DNA of 64,000 nucleotides from Patescibacteria group bacterium (GTDB lineage: Bacteria; Patescibacteriota; Minisyncoccia; Moranbacterales; UBA9337), in assembly GCA_042569905.1 (NCBI GenBank), contig JBHPHA010000003.1, positions 2,471 through 66,470 on the forward strand, given 5' to 3'. Both the position numbers and the translations under genes were made by a program. Below the pieces are notes generated by a model. It was not told the DNA's origin. It did not search any database and saw only the letters and a list, made by a program, of their open reading frames with translations. This document shows, one piece after another, positions 44,067 to 52,460 of this stretch; the stretch's first letter is position 1, and every line of letters begins with the position of its first letter.

Positions 44067-45635
44067 TTAACTCACAATTATACCGCTTCTTCTATTTGTG
44101 TATTTACCATCACAAATAACACTTTCTCCGTTTATGAGCATATTGTCAATACCCTTTGAATAGTGGTACGGATCTTCAATAGTAGAAAGGTCTTCAATCC
44201 TCTCGGGATCTATCACTAAAATATCTGCAAAATTCCCCTCTTTCAAGACACCTCTATTTTTGATATTAAACTTTTTTGCAGGCATCCCACTCATCTTATA
44301 AATAGCTGTCTCCCATGTTAATATTCTTTTCTTAGTGACGTACTCTGAAAGCACTCTTGGAAAAGATCCGAAATTTCTTGGATGAACCAACTCCTCACTG
44401 TTTTTATGCTCTAAATTATATCCAGCACCATTAGATGAAATCATAGAAAGAGGATGTTTCATAAGCTCCTCAAGATTCTTTTCATTTATCACATCCATTG
44501 TAACAATAACCCTACCAGAAGATGCAACTAACACATCTAAAACGGTTTCTTCCACTGACTTACCTTGAAGCTTTGCAATATCAGCAATCTTTCTACTAGA
44601 CAAGGTTTTGTTAATTGCAGAAATAGCTATTACAAGTTTTTCGAAATCAATTGAGCTTTTTTTCATCTCATCAATCACCTTCTTTTTTGTTTGAGAATCT
44701 TTCAATTTACTAAGCATCATATTCTTACCCCCATTCGAAACCCAATCAGGTAAGAGTGTGTATAGAACAGTTCCGGTTGAAGTGTATGGGTAGACGTCAA
44801 AATTAATATTCACCCCTTCCTCTCTAGCAATTTCAATTATCTGAATCACTTCATCTACGAGGTGCCAATTTTTTTCTCCAACTATCTTTAAATGTGACAA
44901 TTGCAAACTTACTCCAGTTTTCTTAGCAACATTAACAGCTTCAATTATCGATTTCACGATATCATTGGCCTCATCTCTTAAGTGAGTAGCATAGACCAAT
45001 TTGTTTTTTGAAGCCAACTCAGCCAAGTTTTCTATCTCCTCGGGAGGAGCAATTCTAGCGTGAGCGTAGATAAGACCAGAAGATAACCCAAGCACTCCTG
45101 CTTTAATAGACTCTTTAAACATCTTTTTCATTACATCCATTTCCTCCTCATTTACACCCCTAAGCTCATCATGCAATAATCCTCTCCTTAATGTACCGTG
45201 ACCCACCAGTGTGGCAAAATTAACTGATAGTGAATCTCTTTCCAACTTAGTCCACAAATCCTCAATGGTCAGCCAGTCAAGATTAATACCTCTTATATCA
45301 GCCCACTTCTGAACTGAAAGAATTATATTCCTATCCGTTAATGGGGCCAATGAGGAACCACAGTTCCCACCCACAATAGTGGTGATACCCTGATAAATCA
45401 AACTTTCCAAGTCAGGGTTTAAAAATATTCGCCAATAAGAATCAGAGTGATTAGTTACATCAACAAAACCAGGCGTTACGTAGTTATCACTTGCGTCGAT
45501 AATCACATCCGCAATATCTTCAGACATATCTCCAATTTTTTGTATCTTACCTTCAATAATCCCAATATCAGCCCTTCTCATTGCAGCACCTGTTCCGTCA
45601 ATAATTGTCCCATTTTTAATTATAGTATCAAACAC
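44067..45635 (-). CDS. metal-dependent amidohydrolase, D-aminoacylase-like
   Basis: N-terminus IIKNGTIIDGTG...DIGI..GKI..IG, PGFVDVTNHSD, C-terminal ADILV.DP. Confidence 0.7.
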   Translation of the reverse strand: MFDTIIKNGTIIDGTGAAMRRADIGIIEGKIQKIGDMSEDIADVIIDASDNYVTPGFVDVTNHSDSYWRIFLNPDLESLIYQGITTIVGGNCGSSLAPLTDRNIILSVQKWADIRGINLDWLTIEDLWTKLERDSLSVNFATLVGHGTLRRGLLHDELRGVNEEEMDVMKKMFKESIKAGVLGLSSGLIYAHARIAPPEEIENLAELASKNKLVYATHLRDEANDIVKSIIEAVNVAKKTGVSLQLSHLKIVGEKNWHLVDEVIQIIEIAREEGVNINFDVYPYTSTGTVLYTLLPDWVSNGGKNMMLSKLKDSQTKKKVIDEMKKSSIDFEKLVIAISAINKTLSSRKIADIAKLQGKSVEETVLDVLVASSGRVIVTMDVINEKNLEELMKHPLSMISSNGAGYNLEHKNSEELVHPRNFGSFPRVLSEYVTKKRILTWETAIYKMSGMPAKKFNIKNRGVLKEGNFADILVIDPERIEDLSTIEDPYHYSKGIDNMLINGESVICDGKYTNRRSGIIVS

Positions 45636-45694
45636 AGAAAAAAATATTAGACATTGAAAATTAAACTGTAATCTTCAACATTCTTCTTAAAAAA

Positions 45695-46693
45695 TTATTT
45701 TCTCGCAACAAATTGAGACATCTCGACTAATCTTTCAGAATAACCTCTTTCATTATCATACCAACCAACAACTTTAGCTAAATTTCCTCCGACTACTTTA
45801 GTTAAGTCTGCCTGAACAATACAAGAGCAAGGATCTCCGATTATGTCATGTGACACCAATGGGTCATCTGTTACTCTCAAAATACCTTTCAACGCACCCT
45901 CGGAAGCTTCCCTAAGAGCTCCTACAATATCCTCCACAGTAACATCTTCTCTCAAAACAACAGTCAAATCACTAACAGACCCCACCAAGATAGGAACCCT
46001 AAATGCCATACCGTCGAAATTACCCTCTAGATGTGGGATTGTTTTTGTTGTTGCAATTGCAGCTCCTGTTGAAGAAGGAATGATATTCTGAGCAGCAGCC
46101 CTTCCTTTTCTTGGGTCTTTTTTATTTATTCCATCTACAATTGATTGAGTGGAAGTGTAACTATGAATTGTTGACATTAAAGATTTCTCCACTCCAAATT
46201 TATCATCCAAAACTTTCATCATTGGAGCCAAACAGTTTGTTGTACAAGAAGCATTAGAAACAATATGATCATCAGCAGTGATTTCACCTTCATTCACTCC
46301 CATAACAACTGTCTTAATAGAGTCATCTTTTGCAGGAGCAGAAATAACAACCTCTTTTGCGCCAGCTTCTATGTGAGCACTCGCCTTTTCTCTGTTTGTA
46401 AAAAATCCAGTACATTCCAAAACAACATCAACGTCTAACTCACCCCAAGGAAGGTTCTTTGGATCTGGATCTGAAAAAACCATAATCTCTTTTCCGTCGA
46501 TGATTATCTTTCCGTCTCCCACTTCAACTTTCTTATCATACACACCATAAACTGTGTCATATCTTAAAAGATACGCTAAATTTTCCAAATCACTCAAATC
46601 ATTAATAGCCACAACTTCAATATCATCTTTCTCTAAAGCTACTTTCAAAGAATTTCGCCCTATTCTACCAAAACCATTAATCGCTAACCTCAT
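45695..46693 (-). CDS. gap: glyceraldehyde-3-phosphate dehydrogenase
   Basis: INGFGRIGR and SNASCTTNCLAP. The start is set at the ATG at 46693 (MRLAINGFG); the track ORF extends to 46708. Confidence 0.9.
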   Translation of the reverse strand: MRLAINGFGRIGRNSLKVALEKDDIEVVAINDLSDLENLAYLLRYDTVYGVYDKKVEVGDGKIIIDGKEIMVFSDPDPKNLPWGELDVDVVLECTGFFTNREKASAHIEAGAKEVVISAPAKDDSIKTVVMGVNEGEITADDHIVSNASCTTNCLAPMMKVLDDKFGVEKSLMSTIHSYTSTQSIVDGINKKDPRKGRAAAQNIIPSSTGAAIATTKTIPHLEGNFDGMAFRVPILVGSVSDLTVVLREDVTVEDIVGALREASEGALKGILRVTDDPLVSHDIIGDPCSCIVQADLTKVVGGNLAKVVGWYDNERGYSERLVEMSQFVARK

Positions 46694-46812
46694 ACACTTA
46701 ACAAACAATACCCAGCAAAAAACTTTTTACTAAATATCACTATCTTAAAGAATTACAATAGATTTCCTTGAAAACCTCTTTTGCAGGTTTTTTGAAGAAA
46801 TCTAACATATTA

Positions 46813-47088
46813 TTATTTTACAACAATGTTGGCTATTTTCCAATTATGCCCTTCGACTTTTTTTATATTAAATTTTACTCCATCCAGCACTGTATCTTTA
46901 GAAACACCCTCTAATCCAAACATTAGACTATCAACACTGACATCTTCAGTGTGCTCAGGAAGTCCATCGTGAGAAAGAGTAATCATTCCTATTTCCAAAT
47001 CAACCGCTGTAATATCCTCTATTTTCTTTTCTTCTACTATCTTTAATAAATCGCTTACTATATCTTTTGCAATTAAAAAATCATGCAT
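46813..47088 (-). CDS. HypA-like nickel metallochaperone lacking the zinc-finger module
   Basis: It begins MHD (compare the MHE nickel-binding N-terminus of HypA) and has a HypA-like hydrophobic pattern. It contains no Cys, so the CxxC...CxxC zinc site is absent. Confidence 0.5.
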   Translation of the reverse strand: MHDFLIAKDIVSDLLKIVEEKKIEDITAVDLEIGMITLSHDGLPEHTEDVSVDSLMFGLEGVSKDTVLDGVKFNIKKVEGHNWKIANIVVK

Positions 47089-47183
47089 AAATTCAATCCT
47101 TAACATTATTTAATCTACTTACCAATGCACTCCTCAGCTCGCTCTGAACACAACTTGCTCAATACCACACTATTCACTTACAC

Positions 47184-48446
47184 CTAGTGAACAGCACAGG
47201 AAATACAAGGATCATATGCTCTAATAAACCCCCTTAACTTTTGAGTTCTTTCTTTCTCTGACAAATCAATTACTTCTGCTAGATATTTCTTGATATCATC
47301 TTCCAAATGAGAAAGAGCTTGCGCTGTTGGTGTTATTATATTCACATTTCTCATATAACCTTTACTATCTATATCTACATAATAGTACAGAGTTCCACGA
47401 GGAGCCTCAATAGCCGCACATGCACTTCCTTCCTTCACTTCGTATTCCTTGGTCAAAGCTTTACTTAAGTCAGAATGAGCCAGTTGCCGAAGGATTTTTG
47501 TTGTTTCCTCAATAGCATGAATAATCTCTACCATCTGATAGCTAATATTATGAAAAGGGTTGAAATCTGGAAAAGTATAATTCAATGAATTTAAATATTT
47601 TTCTGCTTTTTTATGAAGCTTATCCTTATTATTATTCACCCTAGCAATAGCTCCTACCATATAGCTCGTCTTTCCGTCTGAATGAACTCTCTTTATTACC
47701 TCTCTTGGGCGCTGAAGTTCATGAAAGTTTTTTTCAAATAACTTAACAGGAATTTTCAAACCTTTATTTGAAGTAATATCACCATCATACAAAGGATATT
47801 CTCCATTTTTGTCCAAACAAATATATTCTGTTTCCCTCTCAAAATCAGGTATCTTAATTTTTGAAAAAAATTCTCCTAGCTCACCAGCTGTAACAATAAT
47901 TTCCTCACTCATCTTTATTAATTTTTGTATCTCCTCCTTTGTTGGAACTTTCTTAAAGCCACCGACTTCATTGGTAAGCGGATGAACAACTCTTCCTCCA
48001 ACAATCTTCACTATCTCCATTCCATATTCTCTAATTCTGATTGCCTTTTTTGTTTCCTCTGGGTATTTTTCAACTAACTTCAGATCATTTTCAATGTCCA
48101 ACAAATCAGCCATTGAAAGAAAAAACAAATGTAACGCGTGAGAATGAATAATCTGAGCCCACTCCAAAAGCCTTCTAAGCTCAATTACCTCCTTTGAAAC
48201 AGTCACATCAAAAGCATTTTCAATAGCCTTAATCGATGTCAGATTGTGAACCACCGGACAAATTCCACATATCCTCTGTGCCACAATGGGCATATCCTTG
48301 TAGTTCCTACCAACCAAAATTCCTTCAATCAACCTTATCCCCTCCTTAACTTCAAGTTTTGCTGATTTCACATCACCCTTAAGAACACTTGCCATGAAGC
48401 CAGTGTGTCCTTCCATTTTGTTGATGTGATTTATTTTTATATTCAT
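47184..48446 (-). CDS. [NiFe] hydrogenase large subunit (group 3-like)
   Basis: N-terminal MEGH and RICGICPVVH. C-terminal DPCISCAVH followed directly by the stop. The start is set at MNIKINH (48446). Confidence 0.85.
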   Translation of the reverse strand: MNIKINHINKMEGHTGFMASVLKGDVKSAKLEVKEGIRLIEGILVGRNYKDMPIVAQRICGICPVVHNLTSIKAIENAFDVTVSKEVIELRRLLEWAQIIHSHALHLFFLSMADLLDIENDLKLVEKYPEETKKAIRIREYGMEIVKIVGGRVVHPLTNEVGGFKKVPTKEEIQKLIKMSEEIIVTAGELGEFFSKIKIPDFERETEYICLDKNGEYPLYDGDITSNKGLKIPVKLFEKNFHELQRPREVIKRVHSDGKTSYMVGAIARVNNNKDKLHKKAEKYLNSLNYTFPDFNPFHNISYQMVEIIHAIEETTKILRQLAHSDLSKALTKEYEVKEGSACAAIEAPRGTLYYYVDIDSKGYMRNVNIITPTAQALSHLEDDIKKYLAEVIDLSEKERTQKLRGFIRAYDPCISCAVH

Positions 48447-48468
48447 AATTTTTATTTTGAAAATATAT

Positions 48469-49248
48469 TTACTTTTTTTCCTTTGCCTCCCTCTCTTCAA
48501 TGTCATCTCGAAGCCCATAGATTTCAGTAATATCTTCAAATTCATCATCAGTAATCATACTACTTAATGCTTTTTTCATAGCACCTACATTTCCTTTCGG
48601 ACGAAGCCCTCGACAACCTTGACAAGTCATTCTTGCAGTTGGACAAACAGCCTCACATCCTCCTTGAATCATTGGGCCAAAACAAGGTTTTTTATCCAAA
48701 AGCAAACAACGATTTCCCCTAGCTCGACATTCAACACAAACAGGTTGATCTGGAATCTCGGGTTTCTCACCTCTCAAAAGCATTGGGAAATATTTCAAAA
48801 ACTCTTCTCCTGTAATTGGGCACCCCGGGAAAGTAAAATCAACTTTCACAAAATTATCCACCTCTTTAATTTCAGGATTTTCAATTCCTTGAATATACTT
48901 ATACACATGTTTAATGGTTTCCTTCCCTTCCTGATAGTTCTTGATTTCAGGAATCCCACCCATTGCAGCACAATTTCCAAGAACCACTAAAATCTCACTT
49001 CTTTTTCTGAGTGCTTTTAGTGTCTTGATGTTTTCTTTAGTAACAGGACTTCCTTCAATAATACCTATGTAAAGGTCACCCCCTGGATCTTCTTCGTCCT
49101 CAAAAAGACGAAAATCAACCAAGTCTATTTTTCCCACTAAGTCTAGAAATTTCTCACCCAAATCCAGCAATGCAAATTGACACCCCTCACAGGAAGTCAG
49201 ACTCACAATCGCAACCTTTGGTTTTTTACTTGTTTTTTGTTTTGGCAT
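48469..49248 (-). CDS. [NiFe] hydrogenase small (FeS) subunit
   Basis: VAIVSLTSCEGCQ N-terminus and GNCA. C-terminal Cys clusters CVEC...C....C and C..C...C..C. The start is set at MPKQK (49248). Confidence 0.8.
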   Translation of the reverse strand: MPKQKTSKKPKVAIVSLTSCEGCQFALLDLGEKFLDLVGKIDLVDFRLFEDEEDPGGDLYIGIIEGSPVTKENIKTLKALRKRSEILVVLGNCAAMGGIPEIKNYQEGKETIKHVYKYIQGIENPEIKEVDNFVKVDFTFPGCPITGEEFLKYFPMLLRGEKPEIPDQPVCVECRARGNRCLLLDKKPCFGPMIQGGCEAVCPTARMTCQGCRGLRPKGNVGAMKKALSSMITDDEFEDITEIYGLRDDIEEREAKEKK

Positions 49249-49314
49249 AAAAATATATTTAATTTTTTTGATATCTAAATTATATTTTACCACATTTAAA
49301 GATAATTAAAAAAT

Positions 49315-49346
49315 AAAAAAAACCACTGGTTAATTTTAACCAGTGG
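49315..49346 (-). terminator. type B conserved terminator, copy 1
   Basis: CCACTGGTTAA-AATT-TTAACCAGTGG followed by T8 on the minus strand. Confidence 0.75.
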
Positions 49347-49383
49347 CTATATTTTATTTCAACTACAAATCTCTGAGGGACTG

Positions 49384-49722
49384 CTAGTGCTTAAGTTTTT
49401 CAAGCAACACTACGCAACGACTATAACTCCCATGATAAGAGCAAAGGTTATAGTCATCGCAACAGCTCTCCAGTGTCTCAATAGCAAACTCTCTTTGTTC
49501 ACTTGAAAGTAAGATTGCAGCTTTTTCCCGCACCTCTGTTGCTTTAGTGCTCTTGATGACTTGAATAAGATCCTCGTCAGTCAAAGAATCTTTCAACTCT
49601 TCCAAAATATTAATCTGCAACTCCTCTCTTCTTGCATTTTCTTCAGAAAATGCGTAAAAGATTTTTACCAACAAAAATTGCTTCATTTTTTCACAGCCTT
49701 CACATTTATCACTCTTATTCAC
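49384..49722 (-). CDS. small Cys-rich hypothetical protein (112 aa)
   Basis: GTG start with GGGGGGA upstream. N-terminal CEGC and C-terminal CC...C......C. Confidence 0.5.
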   Translation of the reverse strand: MNKSDKCEGCEKMKQFLLVKIFYAFSEENARREELQINILEELKDSLTDEDLIQVIKSTKATEVREKAAILLSSEQREFAIETLESCCDDYNLCSYHGSYSRCVVLLEKLKH

Positions 49723-49794
49723 AATACAATCCCCCCTTTAGAGACTATCGGCAATTCTATTCGTCATTACCCTTTAACTATCAAATAACACTAG

Positions 49795-49823
49795 ATATTA
49801 CCATTTTCTCATGACTATGTCAA
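49795..49823 (-). promoter_or_regulatory. promoter
   Basis: TTGACA, 17 nt, TAATAT on the minus strand. Confidence 0.55.
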
Positions 49824-49825
49824 AT

Positions 49826-49857
49826 AAAAAAAACCACCGGTTAATTTTAACTAGTGG
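49826..49857 (-). terminator. type B conserved terminator, copy 2
   Basis: CCACTAGTTAAAATTAACCGGTGG followed by T8 on the minus strand. Confidence 0.75.
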
Positions 49858-49886
49858 CTATATTCATCAAATAGCTTTTTTGTTAT

Positions 49887-50303
49887 TTACTCCCAAACAA
49901 CAGTCGCGTTCATACGGCACAACTCATCCAGTTTTTTCGCATAAATCTCTGCATTATGACTCATGTCCTGATCAAGAAAATGATCAATTGCTTGTTCCAA
50001 GATTTTTTTCTGTAGCGCGTAATACTGCGCCACGTCAAGAGGTATCACGACATCCGCACTTTCTATTGGATCAACATTTTTCAAGGCATTCTCAATTTCA
50101 TCTGGCGATACCTCATAGTTGAGACTGTGGGCATCCCCACAGAATTGAGCCATCTTACTCGGACTCGTGCAACAAAGAGCATTTCCAACTTCCTCCGGAG
50201 ACAATATTCTTCCGATTTTAACTGCACGTTCGTGAGCCTCATAAATTCTTCCCTCACACACATAGTGACTAATTAATTTTTCAGTTCCGGGATTCAAATT
50301 CAT
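49887..50303 (-). CDS. hypothetical protein (138 aa)
   Basis: AGGAGG Shine-Dalgarno sequence before the ATG. Confidence 0.55.
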   Translation of the reverse strand: MNLNPGTEKLISHYVCEGRIYEAHERAVKIGRILSPEEVGNALCCTSPSKMAQFCGDAHSLNYEVSPDEIENALKNVDPIESADVVIPLDVAQYYALQKKILEQAIDHFLDQDMSHNAEIYAKKLDELCRMNATVVWE

Positions 50304-50371
50304 CTTATTTCCTCCTGCCTAATAATTTTACTTGTTTTCTACACTATTAGCTATTTATTAAATAACACCTA

Positions 50372-50400
50372 ATTCTAGCACCTTTTTATTAATTTGTCAA
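50372..50400 (-). promoter_or_regulatory. promoter
   Basis: TTGACA, 17 nt, TAGAAT on the minus strand. Confidence 0.55.
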
Positions 50401-50411
50401 CCTTTGTAAAT

Positions 50412-50441
50412 AAAAAACCACCGGTTAATTTTAACCAGTGG
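50412..50441 (-). terminator. type B conserved terminator, copy 3
   Basis: CCACTGGTTAAAATTAACCGGTGG followed by T6 on the minus strand. Confidence 0.75.
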
Positions 50442-50510
50442 CTAGTATTTTCAGTAACAACCGCACGACAAGCTGTCTTATGACTAGATTAATAGTTCTT
50501 GCACTCTTCT

Positions 50511-51077
50511 TTAGTTATGATTCTCAAAAAAGTTCCTTATTGAACTCCATGCACCACTAGAACGTTTCTTCGAAAAACGCTCTTTCGCATCATCTTCAAG
50601 TCTTCTTAATTGCGCATCTCTTTGCTCAACACCAAGTTTCAGCTTTTGAATTTGCGTAACTTTAATTTTAGCTTCCTCATCACTATTCACCACCACCTTC
50701 TCTAATGCTGCAACAACTAGATTGATGCAGCTCTTCTCAGTAGCGTCTTTTGCTATTTCAAACAATTTCTCATTGTTATTTTTTTCACTTAACTCGCCTA
50801 TTGCTTCTCTGGATATATGCGGATTAAGCCACTTCAAGGAAGTTCTAGCTATTTCAAGCAATTCATCATCAGTGAGCGACCTGTTTACCTTACCTGCCAA
50901 TACTTTTGCTCTGAGTAGGTCCCCTGTCTTAATACACGTGTCCAACGCAAACATATCCTTAATTGACATCAGCACATTCTCAATTAAATCATCATCAGAT
51001 GCTGAACCAACAGTTCTCTTCAACTCCTCTAGACTTATTGAATCAATAACTTCCTCCAGCACACTCTTTTTTTCCAC
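50511..51077 (-). CDS. hypothetical protein (188 aa); start uncertain
   Basis: The GTG at 51077 has no Shine-Dalgarno sequence. A GTG with one at 51127 opens a different frame that meets this ORF at an A7 run (see findings). Confidence 0.5.
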   Translation of the reverse strand: MEKKSVLEEVIDSISLEELKRTVGSASDDDLIENVLMSIKDMFALDTCIKTGDLLRAKVLAGKVNRSLTDDELLEIARTSLKWLNPHISREAIGELSEKNNNEKLFEIAKDATEKSCINLVVAALEKVVVNSDEEAKIKVTQIQKLKLGVEQRDAQLRRLEDDAKERFSKKRSSGAWSSIRNFFENHN

Positions 51078-51213
51078 AATTCTTCTCTTTCATAATCCAG
51101 CTCTTCAATACTCTTTGAACTTGTCACAATTCAACCTCCCTTTCTTAGTATTAATATCAGACTCGATTACAGACTACTTCTTGTGTTATTATTAATTTAT
51201 TAAACAACGATTA

Positions 51214-51242
51214 ATTATAGTACTTTTTAATAATTTTGTCAA
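51214..51242 (-). promoter_or_regulatory. consensus promoter
   Basis: TTGACA, 17 nt, TATAAT on the minus strand. Confidence 0.6.
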
Positions 51243-51256
51243 AACATAAAATCAAA

Positions 51257-52378
51257 ATGAATCGATACTCAACTTATTTCAATAGAAAAGAAACGATACT
51301 TGCTCTTGGTGCAGAATCAGCGGGTAATTTTTCGATTTTCCATAACAACAACGTTTATCATTCTTCTGACTTTGGTGATTTGCAAATTGAAGAGAATTTT
51401 CAAAAATTCAAAGATTCGATCACGGAATTCATTCAAGAAAACAATATTCAACCTGAGATAATCTTAACTGATCTTCACCCGTCCTACGTAACGACGGAGC
51501 TAGGACAAGAACTTTCTCAAAAGTTTGATGCAGAGCATATTCAAATTCAACACCATCACGCCCATGCATTTGCTTCAATCGGAGACTTTCTTATTCACGA
51601 CAAAACATCCCAATTGCCAAAAAAAATTACCGTAGTCACAATGGACGGAACTGGATTCGGATTGGATGAGAAAATCTGGGGAGGAGAAATTTTCAACATA
51701 AGCACTGCGTCTAAAAATATCAAAAGAATTGGATATCTAGAAAATCAAATTCTTCTTGGAAGTGAACTGGCAATCAGAGAGCCCGCTCGAATACTCATCA
51801 GTATTCTTTCGAAATTCCTCCCTAAGGACAAAACCTTTGAGTTCATCAAGAATTACTACAATCAAAATCAATTTGAACTACTTCACAGCCAACTTCAGCA
51901 AAACTTTAATTGCCAAGAAACTTCCAGCACTGGAAGAATTTTAGATGCCGTTTCACTTCTACTCGGATTTTCTCAAAACTCTAGGGATTTCAAACATGCT
52001 CCCATTAAAAACTTAGAAACCAATTCAACTATTCCCTACTCAAACATTAAGCCAGAAATTATTCAAGAGAATGATCTTTTTATTCTAAAAACAACCCCGC
52101 TTTTTGAGTATCTCGTGAAAAATATAAACAAAGATCAGAAACGTCTCGCGGCCACTGCTCAGCAGTATCTAGCTGAAGGATTTTATGAAATAATCAACAA
52201 AACTGAATCACAAAACTCAACTCAAAAAACCCAACTCTTTATCAGTGGTGGAGTCGCTAATAGTAAAATAATCTCTGACTATTTTCATTCAAAAAAATCT
52301 TGGAAAAATAAAAAAGTCCCACGCGGTGACGCAGGACTGAGTCTTGGGCAAATTTTTTGCCATTTATTTAAGCACTGA
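51257..52378 (+). CDS. HypF-like protein comprising only the C-terminal Kae1/ASKHA-like domain
   Basis: LALGAESAGNF, DLHPSY, IQHHHAH, MDGTGFGLDEKIWGGE, SGGVANS and PRGDAGLSLGQ resemble the HypF C-terminal half. The acylphosphatase, zinc-finger and YrdC-like parts are absent. ATG at 51257 (track TTG at 51236). Confidence 0.6.
   Translation: MNRYSTYFNRKETILALGAESAGNFSIFHNNNVYHSSDFGDLQIEENFQKFKDSITEFIQENNIQPEIILTDLHPSYVTTELGQELSQKFDAEHIQIQHHHAHAFASIGDFLIHDKTSQLPKKITVVTMDGTGFGLDEKIWGGEIFNISTASKNIKRIGYLENQILLGSELAIREPARILISILSKFLPKDKTFEFIKNYYNQNQFELLHSQLQQNFNCQETSSTGRILDAVSLLLGFSQNSRDFKHAPIKNLETNSTIPYSNIKPEIIQENDLFILKTTPLFEYLVKNINKDQKRLAATAQQYLAEGFYEIINKTESQNSTQKTQLFISGGVANSKIISDYFHSKKSWKNKKVPRGDAGLSLGQIFCHLFKH
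52306..52365 (+). repeat. 60-nt perfect direct repeat, copy a (last 60 nt of the HypF-like CDS body)
   Basis: AAATAAAAAAGTCCCACGCGGTGACGCAGGACTGAGTCTTGGGCAAATTTTTTGCCATTT is identical at 53967..54026. Confidence 0.9.
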
Positions 52379-52410
52379 TTATCCGACTTAAAAAACTCGT
52401 AAAATATACA

Positions 52411-52445
52411 AAAAAACTCACTACACATTTATTGTGTAGTGAGTA
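52411..52445 (-). terminator. rho-independent terminator of the inserted operon
   Basis: CTCACTACACA / TGTGTAGTGAG stem followed by T7 on the minus strand. Confidence 0.7.
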
Positions 52446-52460
52446 AACTTAAGAATACTT

